From an uncultured Pseudomonadales bacterium (GTDB lineage Bacteria > Pseudomonadota > Gammaproteobacteria > Pseudomonadales > Azotimanducaceae), in assembly GCA_963976815.1 (NCBI GenBank), contig CAXBLU010000007.1, positions 41,645 through 105,644 of the forward strand: a DNA stretch of 64,000 nucleotides, in the 5' to 3' direction. The position numbers and the translations under genes are program-made. Shown here one piece after another: positions 18,254 to 28,275 of this stretch. Within the stretch, counting starts at the first letter, position 1, and every line of letters starts with the position of its first letter. Under the pieces are notes generated by a model. That model searched no databases and was not told the DNA's origin. It saw only the letters and a list, made by a program, of their open reading frames with translations.

Positions 18254-21133
18254 TTACAGTTCTACACTCACACCGGCGTAATAGCGACGACCAATTACGT
18301 CATACGCTTCACCAGCAGTGTTGATACCAGTACCACCATAGTTTGAACCCTGAGCCAGAGTTTCTGGATCTTCGTCAAACAGGTTATTGATACCAAAGTA
18401 CACATTGATGGTATCCGTTACATCATAACCAGCGGAGAGGTCATGGTAGAAGATTGCATCTTTTGTATTGATATCTTTGCCGAAGCCATTTGTATCAATA
18501 CCAAAAGTGTCGAGAGTCGGTGTATTGGAATCCACAACTTCATCCCAATAGCGAGTTCTCCAGGTAACAGACAAATCATCCAGCTGATAGATTGCGGTTA
18601 GATTCCAACGATGTTCTGGCTGCAGGATCTCGCCGAGACGGTCATCAACAATACCGGACTCAATTCCTATCAACTCCCACTCATCGATGTAGTTGTACAG
18701 CAAACTTAAGTTCAAGTTACCACGCAGTGAACTATTCATATCTGACAGTTCAGTATTGTAGCTAACATCCAGGTCTAGACCCGCTGTATTGATATTGTTC
18801 TCATTACTTGAACCAGAGTCGACAGATACTAGCGCACCTACCGAATCCCGAACCACAAGACCACCACAGGTTGGATCAAATGCACTGGCCGCGACTTCAA
18901 AGCAACGACGGACAATGTTGCCACGAGTTGTGATGGCAATCGCATCCTCTATCTCGATGTCATACCAGTCAATTGCAACCACCAGACCTTCGACCATGGG
19001 CACATCAATCACTGCACCGATGGTAAATGATTCCGCCGTTTCCTCTTGCACATTGGGGTTACCACCAACACGACCACCAGTTGATTGGGTTTCCACCTGG
19101 GTCAGCGTAAATGCTCCAGTAGCTGCAATTCTAGCGGCAATAGGTGCGATGGACCGGCAGTTTGCATCGGCTGTCGGAGAGTTTGTAGAGGTTGCTGTAA
19201 CACCTGCGCAAATATCAGGAACAGACGCGAAGGTCTCACCTGCACCAGCGAACAAATCAGTAATGTTCGGTGCGCGAACCGATTCAGATATCGTACCTCG
19301 GAATCGCAACCAATCCAGTACCGGCGCATCAAATCCAACCTTCCAGGTCGAAAGATCACCAACGGTGGAATAGTCACCTACACGTACAGCAGCTTCGATA
19401 ATAAACTGATCAATTATCGGGAATCGCGCCTCTACGTAATAGTCAGTTACATCGTACTCACCGCCAGTCGCGGCAATAGCATTACCGGATATTATACCGG
19501 ACTGCACCAGACCACTTGGCGATTCATTGCCTTCTTCACGTCGGTACTCAATACCACCGGCAACACCAACTCGGCCACCAGGTAGTTCTAACGGTGTTTC
19601 ACCTGACGCGTTAACGCCAAACACTGTCTGCTCTACTTCAGCATCAAATGTTGTCGCCGCAGAAAGATACGCAACCTGAGCAGCATCAATGGTACCCAAA
19701 CCAAATGGGTTAAAAGGTACACAGCCCGCTTGCCGTGCAGAAGCATCGACACATTGAACCACTCCATTCACCAATTCAACGTCGAGAGCTTGACGCGCAC
19801 GTTCTACGTTGAAGTTACCATTGCTCACTAAAGTGGTTTTGTTAGAACCCCAGGAAGCATATGCATTTACCGCCCAGTCATCGTTGATTTGATAGTCAAG
19901 ATCCAAATTACCGTAAATGGTAGTTCTGTCTGCACGACCTCCGCGATCACCAAATTCGACCAGTCGACGGGCCGTGACGTTGTTACCAAGATCCGTTAGA
20001 TCCACCGCGCCGGATGCTAATAGATTCTGTTTCAACAACTCAGGCATCACGAGTGACGTCGCAATATCGTAGTTGCCTGTTTGGCCAACATCCGTATTAA
20101 AGATATTGGTATTCAAATCCAGAGGCACAGGTTCAATATCAGAAGACGTTGCCGTCTCGTTATAACCCAGCATCATTTTGATAGACAGATCATCGTTTAT
20201 CTCATAGGAGATACCACCCGCTGCATAACGGCGTTCAATTGGGATGAGTAATTGACGACTGCTGGCGCGATTAAATCGGTCAGAGTTCGCTTGATCTCCG
20301 ATACCTGAACGGAATGGTTGACCATTTCCCAGGAACCCGCCGAATCGTCCGACAGGAGGAAATGATGAGCCCAGGTAAACATAATCGTCAGAAAATCCAT
20401 CACCCGTTGTATCAGCTTCGATAATGTCGGTGTCGGAGAAACTACGATCCCGTGCATGAATGCCTTCTTCGTCGGAGTAGCCGAATGTCATCCAGGCGTT
20501 ACCTCGATCGAAGTTACCACCTATCGCGATATCAATGTCAGTTTGCTCACGGTCGCTTTCAGCTGATACGCCGGTCCGAACATTCATGCTGACGCCTTCA
20601 TAATCATCTTTAAGAATGATGTTTACGACCCCAGCAATTGCATCAGAACCATAAACAGCGGAAGCACCACCGGTAATGATTTCAATTCGATCAACCATAG
20701 CAGTTGGAATTGTGCTCATATCAACGGCATAACCCGAACCCGGGTTGAAGCCGGACACAAATCGTTTGCCATTGATCAAAGTCAACGTACGTTCCTGGTT
20801 TAGATTGCGTAACGCGTTGGTCACCAGTCCCGAAGAGGTTGTGCTAAAAGTAGAGTTACTCTGGTTACTCGCAGCAATAGAAGATGGCAGTTTCTCAAGC
20901 AGTTCACCGATATTGGTTGTACCAATACCTTTGATCTCATTGCTACCAATGACAGTCATAGGTGTAGGAGAGTCGGCGTTAGAACGACGAATCCTAGAAC
21001 CAGTGACGACAACCTCTTCAAGCATGCTGTCATCATCGTCAGCGAGCACCGGTATGGTATAACCAGTTGCGCCAACACCGGCTGCAAGCGCAAACGCTAG
21101 CGACCAGTTAGAAGCTTTCTTGCTTAATCTCAT
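18254..21133 (-). CDS. TonB-dependent outer-membrane receptor (about 960 aa), paralog 1
   Basis: The signal peptide is followed by the plug start EEVVVTGSRI and then IEIITGGASAVYGSDAIAGVVNI. A long beta-barrel follows, with the C-terminal motif RRYYAGVSVEL. Confidence 0.92.
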   Translation of the reverse strand: MRLSKKASNWSLAFALAAGVGATGYTIPVLADDDDSMLEEVVVTGSRIRRSNADSPTPMTVIGSNEIKGIGTTNIGELLEKLPSSIAASNQSNSTFSTTSSGLVTNALRNLNQERTLTLINGKRFVSGFNPGSGYAVDMSTIPTAMVDRIEIITGGASAVYGSDAIAGVVNIILKDDYEGVSMNVRTGVSAESDREQTDIDIAIGGNFDRGNAWMTFGYSDEEGIHARDRSFSDTDIIEADTTGDGFSDDYVYLGSSFPPVGRFGGFLGNGQPFRSGIGDQANSDRFNRASSRQLLIPIERRYAAGGISYEINDDLSIKMMLGYNETATSSDIEPVPLDLNTNIFNTDVGQTGNYDIATSLVMPELLKQNLLASGAVDLTDLGNNVTARRLVEFGDRGGRADRTTIYGNLDLDYQINDDWAVNAYASWGSNKTTLVSNGNFNVERARQALDVELVNGVVQCVDASARQAGCVPFNPFGLGTIDAAQVAYLSAATTFDAEVEQTVFGVNASGETPLELPGGRVGVAGGIEYRREEGNESPSGLVQSGIISGNAIAATGGEYDVTDYYVEARFPIIDQFIIEAAVRVGDYSTVGDLSTWKVGFDAPVLDWLRFRGTISESVRAPNITDLFAGAGETFASVPDICAGVTATSTNSPTADANCRSIAPIAARIAATGAFTLTQVETQSTGGRVGGNPNVQEETAESFTIGAVIDVPMVEGLVVAIDWYDIEIEDAIAITTRGNIVRRCFEVAASAFDPTCGGLVVRDSVGALVSVDSGSSNENNINTAGLDLDVSYNTELSDMNSSLRGNLNLSLLYNYIDEWELIGIESGIVDDRLGEILQPEHRWNLTAIYQLDDLSVTWRTRYWDEVVDSNTPTLDTFGIDTNGFGKDINTKDAIFYHDLSAGYDVTDTINVYFGINNLFDEDPETLAQGSNYGGTGINTAGEAYDVIGRRYYAGVSVEL

Positions 21134-21497
21134 TTGAAATTCCCCAAGTTAGTGGAAGTAATTTATGGTGAGAACGAAGGGTGACCCGTATTGACGCTCG
21201 ACTATCTTTCACGCCAACAAGATCACTTCGGCACTGTCCGGTTTTGCTTAAATTCTTTAGCAGAGCTTTTACTCGCAGCTTCTTTTGAAAGCCTTTAGGC
21301 AAAAATGGAGTTCCCCCCCGAAGCACACCTGGGTTTTCGTTTCTCGTACGCTTAGTTGCCGGTTTTTCGGGATAGGTTTCATTGCGCGGGGCTTTTTTTA
21401 AGAAAAAATGAAGAAAACTGCGATATTTCTCAATTACCTGGGGAAGGTATGGGGAGGAGCCACAGGGTGCAGCTCCTTTTCCTACTTATGCTATTGA

Positions 21498-22064
21498 TTA
21501 TCTTAGTCTTTCTGCACGCACACTCTTCTTCCGTGCATCTGATTTCATGAGATAGGAACCCAGGTACGCTTTACTGATAATTGCGGTCTCACCGACTTTG
21601 ATACGCCACTTACCCGGCTTATCTTTCTGACGCCAGACCTGACCATTTTCTAGATACACCACATACTCGTTGGTGGGACTAATCGAGATGCGAGTCACCT
21701 TGCTTGAGATTTGGTCAATGGACTCAATCTCTAGCTCCCGGCTTACGACTTCTTGAACCTCGGATTCCGATTTACCGAACATTTCCTCAGGTGCAACTTT
21801 TGCGGGCGCCGGCCGAGCAACTACAGCTTCGGTGGTTTTGTTATCGGTGATTGGTGTCTTAGATCCCAAAGCCGCCGAGGCGGTTTTTGCGCTAGTTGAC
21901 GAGATGGGTAGGGCTGGGAGCCCATCGGCTAAACGGTCGTAGCACTGCAACCGCAACGCGAGGCTCTGAATTCCCCGACACTGAGCAAGCCCTGTCTGCA
22001 GGTCTGCAGCACTAGCGTGGGTGAACCAAGCGAAGAATAAAACGGCGACTAAGAATCGAGACAT
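21498..22064 (-). CDS. hypothetical secreted protein (188 aa)
   Basis: I trimmed the track ORF to the ATG at 22064 (MSRFLVAVLFFAWFTHASA, a signal peptide) because GGAGG lies 4 nt upstream. A Cys pair occurs in CRGIQSLALRLQCYDRL. No family name was recognised. Confidence 0.6.
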   Translation of the reverse strand: MSRFLVAVLFFAWFTHASAADLQTGLAQCRGIQSLALRLQCYDRLADGLPALPISSTSAKTASAALGSKTPITDNKTTEAVVARPAPAKVAPEEMFGKSESEVQEVVSRELEIESIDQISSKVTRISISPTNEYVVYLENGQVWRQKDKPGKWRIKVGETAIISKAYLGSYLMKSDARKKSVRAERLR

Positions 22065-22192
22065 AAAGCCTCCAATATGAAAGAAGAGCGCATTATAAAC
22101 GTAACCGGGCAGAGAGAAGAAACTCATCCTGCAGATTCTAAGCACCATCAAACGGTATGCTGCTAGAAATACCAAATTTTAGACAAAAAAAA

Positions 22193-22209
22193 GCCGCGCA
22201 AAGCGCGGC
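22193..22209 (-). terminator. intrinsic terminator downstream of TBDR paralog 2
   Basis: The hairpin GCCGCGCAAAGCGCGGC is flanked by an A-run and a T-run. Its stem is the same as that of the terminator at 18211-18230. Confidence 0.8.
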
Positions 22210-22236
22210 TTTTTCAAGGGTATTTAAACCGTCAAC

Positions 22237-25164
22237 CTATAGGTCAACAGTTACACCAGCATAGTAGCGACGACCAATTACGTCATACGCTTCAGGAGCA
22301 GTGTTAATACCTGTAGAGCCGTAGTTAGAGAACTGAGTTAATGCACGAGGTGGTTCCTCGTCAAATACGTTGTTGATACCGAAGTAAACATTAACGTTAT
22401 CTGTTACGTCATAAGCTGCACGTAAGTCATGGTAGAAAACGCTTTCAACGTCGTTTTCAGACTCAGAGAAACCAACGATGTTAAAACCGCCAGCGCCATC
22501 AGGAGTTACAGCATAAGCAGCATTATCGCTCAGCAGTTCAGGTTCAGTGGAGTCAACCACGTCATCCCAGTAACGCATACGCCATACAACAGATAGGTCG
22601 TCAAGCGAGTAGGTTACAGTAGATGTGTATCGAATTTCTGGATACAGAACTTCACCTAGACGATCATCAACCGAACCAGTTGCCTGGCTAACAAGTTCCC
22701 ATTCGTCGAGGTAGTTCAGCAAGAAGCTCACATCAAGGTTACCGCGAAGTGAATCGTTAAAATCGCTCAAATCAGTGTTGTAAGCAATATCGATATCAAG
22801 ACCAGCAGTTGTAATGTCGTTTTCGTTTCCTGTACCAGAGCTTACTTGAACAAGCGCTCCGTTAGATCGAAGAACATTACCGCCACAGGTAGGATCAAAT
22901 GATCCAGGTGCAACATCAAAACAACGACGAACAACAAGTGAACGTGGAGTTGTTGCAATTGCGTCTTCGATTTCAATGTCGTACCAGTCAGCAGCTACAG
23001 TTAGACCTTCCAAGAAAGGAATATCTACCACACCACCAATAGTCCAAGACTCTGCAGTCTCTTCTTGAACATTTGGATTACCGCCAATGAAACCACCAGT
23101 TGCTTGAGCTTCAGTTTGAGTCAGAGTGAACTGACCATTTGGATCAGCAACAACACGTGCATTAATTTCTGCAATCGACAGACAGTTAGTAGCAGTGTTT
23201 CCTGTGTCAGTCAGTTGTACGCCTGAACATGGATCACCAACAGTGGCAAAAGTTTCACCAGCACCAGCAAACAGGTCAGAGATGTTAGGTGCACGGACTG
23301 AATCAGCCCAGGTACCACGGAACTTCAACCAATCCAGAACTGGTGCTTCGAAACCAATTTTGTAGGTAGAAAGATCACCAACAGTAGAGTAGTCGCCCAC
23401 TCGGATTGCAGCTTCAATAGTCAGCTGATCAATGACTGGGAAACGAGCTTCTACATAGTAGTCAGTAACATCGTACTCACCGTTTGTAGCCGCAATACCG
23501 TTACCAGAAATGATGCCGGATTGAACGAACCCAGAAGGTGCTTCAAATCCTTGTTCACGACGGTATTCAACACCACCAGCAACACCAACTCGGCCGCCTG
23601 GCAACTCAAAAGGAGTCTCACCAGAAACAACAAAACCGAAGATGGTTTGTTCTACGTCAGCGCTAAGAGTGGTTGATGCAGTTAAATAGGCAACCTGCGC
23701 CGCGTCAATTGAACCAGCTCCGAACGGATCGAAAGGTACACAACCAGCTTGACGAGCATCAGCATCTACACACTGAATCACGCCGCCAACAAGCTCAACA
23801 TCTAGAGCCAATCGAGCACGCTCAACGTTGAAGTTACCGTTTGAAACTAGAGTAGTACGAGTACGACCCCAGCTTGCATAACCTTCAACTGACCAATCGT
23901 CATTGATTTCATAAGTGACTTCACCATTAGCATACATGGTGGTGCGGTCGCCGCGGCTACCACGGTCACCAAACTCAACTAGACGACGACCTGTTTGGCT
24001 ATTGCCCAACTGGTTGAAGTTTGTAGCGCCGGTGGCCAACAATGCTTGCTTGGTGGCTTCTGGCAAAACTAGTGAAGTTGCGATATCTAGACCGCCAGTA
24101 CCACCAGGTACGGTGTCAGTGTTGAAGATATCAGTGTTCAAATCGAGAGGCACTGGCTCAATATCAGAGGCAGTAAACGTCTCGTTGTATCCAACAGTAA
24201 TGTCGAAGGTCAAATCGTCGTTGATTTCATAGCTGATGCCACCACGAGCGTACTTTCGTTCGATAGGGATAAGCAATGAACGACTGCTACCACGGTTAAA
24301 GCGGTCACTAGCAGCAATATTGCCAAAACCGTTTCGGAAAGCCGAACCATCCGCACAGTTTACTGGACCACACTTGCCTCCGGGTGGGAAAGATGAACCC
24401 AGGAAGATCTGGCTATCACCAAAACCATCACCATTTGTGTCTGCTTCTACAAGGTCAAGCGTAGAGAAGCTACGATCACGGGCGAAAAGGCCGTTTTCAT
24501 CAGAATAACCGAAAGCAACATAGGCGTTACCGCGGTCGAAGTTCGCACCTAATGCAAGGTCAACATCGGTCTGTTCGCGGTCGCTTTCAGCGGATACGCC
24601 GGTACGAACGTCAAGGCTCATGCCTTCGAAGTCGTCTTTCATGATGATGTTAACAACACCAGCAACTGCGTCAGAACCGTAGACGGCTGAAGCACCACCG
24701 GTGATGATTTCAACACGGTCAACCATAGCAACAGGGATTGTGCTGAGGTCTACAGCATAGCCAGAGCCAGGGTTAAAACCGGATACAAACCGCTTGCCGT
24801 CGATCAAGGTTAAAGTACGAGACTGACCCAGATTTCTGAGGGAAGTGGTTACAAGACCAGCAGAAGTTGTGCTGAACGTTGCGTTAGATTGGTTAAGACC
24901 AGCTACGGACATTGGTAGCTTTTCTAACAACTCACCAAGGTTAGTAGTACCAACACCGTCGATCTGGGCTGAACCCAAAACAGTCATTGGTGTTGGCGAA
25001 TCGGCGTTAGAACGACGAATACGTGATCCAGTGACCACGACTTCTTCTAACATACCCTCGTCATCGTCCGCTAGAACTGGCAATGCATTGCCAGTAGCGC
25101 CGATACCAGCAGCAAGCGCGAACGCCAGCGACCAGTTAGAGGCCTTTTTGCTTAGATTAAACAT
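22237..25164 (-). CDS. TonB-dependent outer-membrane receptor (975 aa), paralog 2
   Basis: It has the same architecture as 18254..21133 and aligns with it along the whole length by eye (for example SKKASNWSLAFALAAG, EEVVVTGSRIRRSNADSPTPMTV and RRYYAGVTVDL). Confidence 0.92.
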   Translation of the reverse strand: MFNLSKKASNWSLAFALAAGIGATGNALPVLADDDEGMLEEVVVTGSRIRRSNADSPTPMTVLGSAQIDGVGTTNLGELLEKLPMSVAGLNQSNATFSTTSAGLVTTSLRNLGQSRTLTLIDGKRFVSGFNPGSGYAVDLSTIPVAMVDRVEIITGGASAVYGSDAVAGVVNIIMKDDFEGMSLDVRTGVSAESDREQTDVDLALGANFDRGNAYVAFGYSDENGLFARDRSFSTLDLVEADTNGDGFGDSQIFLGSSFPPGGKCGPVNCADGSAFRNGFGNIAASDRFNRGSSRSLLIPIERKYARGGISYEINDDLTFDITVGYNETFTASDIEPVPLDLNTDIFNTDTVPGGTGGLDIATSLVLPEATKQALLATGATNFNQLGNSQTGRRLVEFGDRGSRGDRTTMYANGEVTYEINDDWSVEGYASWGRTRTTLVSNGNFNVERARLALDVELVGGVIQCVDADARQAGCVPFDPFGAGSIDAAQVAYLTASTTLSADVEQTIFGFVVSGETPFELPGGRVGVAGGVEYRREQGFEAPSGFVQSGIISGNGIAATNGEYDVTDYYVEARFPVIDQLTIEAAIRVGDYSTVGDLSTYKIGFEAPVLDWLKFRGTWADSVRAPNISDLFAGAGETFATVGDPCSGVQLTDTGNTATNCLSIAEINARVVADPNGQFTLTQTEAQATGGFIGGNPNVQEETAESWTIGGVVDIPFLEGLTVAADWYDIEIEDAIATTPRSLVVRRCFDVAPGSFDPTCGGNVLRSNGALVQVSSGTGNENDITTAGLDIDIAYNTDLSDFNDSLRGNLDVSFLLNYLDEWELVSQATGSVDDRLGEVLYPEIRYTSTVTYSLDDLSVVWRMRYWDDVVDSTEPELLSDNAAYAVTPDGAGGFNIVGFSESENDVESVFYHDLRAAYDVTDNVNVYFGINNVFDEEPPRALTQFSNYGSTGINTAPEAYDVIGRRYYAGVTVDL

Positions 25165-25645
25165 TAAAATTTCCCCAAGTTAATGGATGTTAATAAAAAA
25201 TGAGACCAGAACTATGAGTGCTTAGACACTGTGCCGGCTTAGAGCAACAGTGATCTCACGTACGAATAAGAATTACTCAGGCTCTCCACTCTTCGGTGGA
25301 TTCCCCCCTAAGCAGACACCTATTCTTGTTCCGCTTGCAGGACACTTATTATTAATACTAAGTGTGCCGAACAGGCGGCTCCGGTTACATTGTATTTTTT
25401 TTACACGCCGCAGTTTACCTGATTATTCTAGGTTGCGAAGTGCAAAAGTGAAGAAAAGTGAAAAAAAACAAGGTAACTAGGAGCATTTCCTAAAGAACTG
25501 CATTCATACCGACTTTCACTACTAAAAGAATTTCTGGTTATTCCTCGCAGGAATATAAGACGCTGGGCTTACGATTACATCAATCCAACACGTCCGCTGC
25601 GGTCGGCGCCTACCGTCATGTTACACTTCTTGCCCATTATTTCTT

Positions 25646-27259
25646 GTGGATATGTCATTGATGCCCGTTTTAGTCCTCCTCCTTTCATTTGCGCTTGTGC
25701 CAATCAATGCATTAGCTGCCAGCTCCGTTAATTTCGACGATCAAATCATCACTATTGCCCTAACCCAGGAACCTCCCCAACTCAACAGCATGAAGGCAAC
25801 CGACCAGGTCAGCGGCATGATTCTGCCCCATGTCATGGAAGGGCTGCTGCGCTATGACAGGCGCGGGAAAGTTGTACCGGGAGTTGCTGAAAAATGGGAA
25901 GTCACCAGGGACGGCGCGACGTTCTGGCTACGCAAGAATGCACTTTGGAGTGACGGCAAACCCGTCACCGCCCATGATTTTGTATTCGCCTGGCGGCAAG
26001 CTCTGGCACCAAATACCGCTTCAGAATATGCATTTATTCTCTACCCGCTCAAAAATGGCGAGAAAATTAATAAGGGGGAGATGGACCTGACCAAACTGGG
26101 TGTCGTGGCCGAGGATGATTTCACTTTGCATCTAGAGTTCGAAAGGCCCACGAGTTATTTCCTAAACCTCACCGCCTTCACTACTTACTTTCCTATTCGG
26201 GAAGATTTTTTCAACCAGAAAAAAGACCAGTACGCCGCTGATGCAACGGATCTGCTCTACAACGGTCCATTTAAGCTTGTAGATTGGGTTCATTCTGCCA
26301 GCCTGCGAATGGTCAAAAACGATATGTACTGGGACAAAGACAGCATTACGCTCAATGAGATTCGAGCAGACTATATAACCGAAGATACCCGGGCTCGCCT
26401 AAACCTCTTTATCGACGGCAAAATTGTTCACACTCGTCTGGACGGTGAAACCTATAAAGACGCTTTGACCCAGAGGTTCCGGATTCGAAGCTTTAGCACT
26501 GGCTCTGTATTTTTCTGGGAGTATAACCACCGGGAGGGCCGACCAACTGAAAACGTGAATCTGCGGCGAGCCATTCAACACATTTTTGACGCGGATGAAT
26601 TTGTTAACAAGGTATTGGGCACACCTGGAAACCTTGCAGGCAAGAGTGTCTTCCCAGTCTGGTTGCAAGGTGTCGAAGGTAAATTTCGTCAAGAATATCC
26701 CGCGCCACTACCGGAACTAGATATTGAGAAAGCCAAACAATATTTGGCTAAAGCCAAACAAGAACTCGGCGTGGACAAAATTCCGCCCCTCGTGCTGCTT
26801 GTTGGAAACAGTCCAACTGCTGCAAAACAGGCTGAATACATGCAGGGCCTACTCAAACAAAAACTCGACATCGATCTAAAAATTGATATCCAAACCTTCA
26901 AACAACGGCTGGCAAAGATGACTTCCGGAGACTTTGACATCGTAGGCGCCGGCTGGGGTCCAGACTTCGATGACGTCATGACGTTTGGCGATTTGTTCGC
27001 ATCATGGAATCTTAACAACCGCGGCAGATACAATAATCCCGAGTATGACCGACTCGTCAGATTGGCAATGGACAGCCTTGATCCTAAAGAACGCATGGAT
27101 GCTATGGGCAAGTTACAGGACATCATATTCGAAGAAGCGGTTGTGCTCCCCCAATATGAGCAGGGTGTTATTTATTTGATGCACGATAAGGTTCGCGGTG
27201 TTGTTAGGCGAGTTGTTGGTGCAGATCCGGATTTTACCTACGCGCGGGTTGTAAAGTAG
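25646..27259 (+). CDS. peptide ABC transporter substrate-binding protein (family 5, OppA/DppA-like)
   Basis: The 537-aa protein has a signal peptide and family-5 SBP-like sequence (GLLRYD, WSDGKPVTAHDFVFAW). The start may instead be the ATG at 25652. Confidence 0.85.
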   Translation: MDMSLMPVLVLLLSFALVPINALAASSVNFDDQIITIALTQEPPQLNSMKATDQVSGMILPHVMEGLLRYDRRGKVVPGVAEKWEVTRDGATFWLRKNALWSDGKPVTAHDFVFAWRQALAPNTASEYAFILYPLKNGEKINKGEMDLTKLGVVAEDDFTLHLEFERPTSYFLNLTAFTTYFPIREDFFNQKKDQYAADATDLLYNGPFKLVDWVHSASLRMVKNDMYWDKDSITLNEIRADYITEDTRARLNLFIDGKIVHTRLDGETYKDALTQRFRIRSFSTGSVFFWEYNHREGRPTENVNLRRAIQHIFDADEFVNKVLGTPGNLAGKSVFPVWLQGVEGKFRQEYPAPLPELDIEKAKQYLAKAKQELGVDKIPPLVLLVGNSPTAAKQAEYMQGLLKQKLDIDLKIDIQTFKQRLAKMTSGDFDIVGAGWGPDFDDVMTFGDLFASWNLNNRGRYNNPEYDRLVRLAMDSLDPKERMDAMGKLQDIIFEEAVVLPQYEQGVIYLMHDKVRGVVRRVVGADPDFTYARVVK

Positions 27260-27342
27260 GAGTTAATAAATCACAGTAGCCATTGCAGTCTACTGGCCGG
27301 AGAAATACACACAGATGTTAATGCACCGATGTTAATGTACCC

Positions 27343-28275
27343 ATGTTAGCGTATACCGCAAAGCGCCTGCTGGCTGGCCTTGTTACCGTCTGGTTTATCG
27401 CGACTGCCACATTCATTGCCATGCATCAAGTGCCCGGCGACCCATTAATGAACGACAAAGCAGTTTCGGCTGAGATCCGCGCGAACCTTGAAAAGAAGTA
27501 CGGCCTCGACAAACCGGTTGTTGAGCAGTATTTCATCTTTATGGGTAACATGCTTCAAGGTGATTTCGGCATTTCATTTACGCAACAAAATCGTAAGGTC
27601 AACGACATCATCCGCGACCATTTCCCCGTGTCAGCTACCCTCGGTATTCTTGCTATTGTCTTTGCTACTCTCGGCGGGGTGTTATGGGGAGCCTTAACCG
27701 CACTTTATCGTAACCGACTACCTGATATTGTGATCATGTTTCTGGTCATTCTCGGCATATCGGTTCCCAGTTTTGTATTTGCCGCCCTCGGCCAATTGTT
27801 TCTCGTTAACCTAAACAGTTTTGTTGGTTCTAGCATTGTACCGGTTGCCGGTTGGGGCACGATTATGCACATGATCATGCCATCATTAGTTCTAGGGCTT
27901 GGCACCATGGCATTGCTCACGCGCTTAATGCGCTCCTCCATGCTTGAGGTAGTCAACGAGGACTACATCAAAACCGCAAGAGCCAAAGGTTTATCTCCGA
28001 CACGGATTTTCTTTCGTCATCAATTACGCAACGCAATTCTGCCGGTCATCACAGTACTAGGTCCGCAAATCGCCGCCATTACGACCGGCGGCTTTGTTGT
28101 TGAATTGGTTTTTGCCATCCCAGGTCTTGGGCGCTATTTTGTTCAGGCTGTTCAGCAACTGGATTACACCGTAATCATGGGTACCACAGTTTTCTACGGT
28201 GCATTTTTAGTTTTTATGGTGATCATCGTGGATATTCTGTATGGCTTTATTGATCCCAGGGTGAGGTTGAAGTGA
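27343..28275 (+). CDS. peptide ABC transporter permease (OppB/DppB-like)
   Basis: The N-terminus has the typical pattern (AKRLLAGLVTVWFIATATF) and the EAA-loop region reads YIKTARAKGLS. Confidence 0.88.
   Translation: MLAYTAKRLLAGLVTVWFIATATFIAMHQVPGDPLMNDKAVSAEIRANLEKKYGLDKPVVEQYFIFMGNMLQGDFGISFTQQNRKVNDIIRDHFPVSATLGILAIVFATLGGVLWGALTALYRNRLPDIVIMFLVILGISVPSFVFAALGQLFLVNLNSFVGSSIVPVAGWGTIMHMIMPSLVLGLGTMALLTRLMRSSMLEVVNEDYIKTARAKGLSPTRIFFRHQLRNAILPVITVLGPQIAAITTGGFVVELVFAIPGLGRYFVQAVQQLDYTVIMGTTVFYGAFLVFMVIIVDILYGFIDPRVRLK

Noticed and set aside
21221-21241. GGCACTGTCCGG (and GACACTGTGCCGG at 25225-25237), upstream of the TonB-dependent receptors, recalled the GCCACTG element of cobalamin riboswitches. 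These riboswitches often precede btuB-like receptors.
   Set aside because: The matches read in that orientation only on the plus strand, which is antisense to the receptor genes. The other conserved cobalamin-riboswitch elements, including the B12 box, are not recognisable on the coding strand. An Rfam scan would settle it.
22065-22175. The track shows an upstream extension of the 225-aa ORF between the receptors.
   Set aside because: The extension precedes a clear SD plus ATG plus signal peptide at 22064, and it runs close to the terminator of the upstream receptor.
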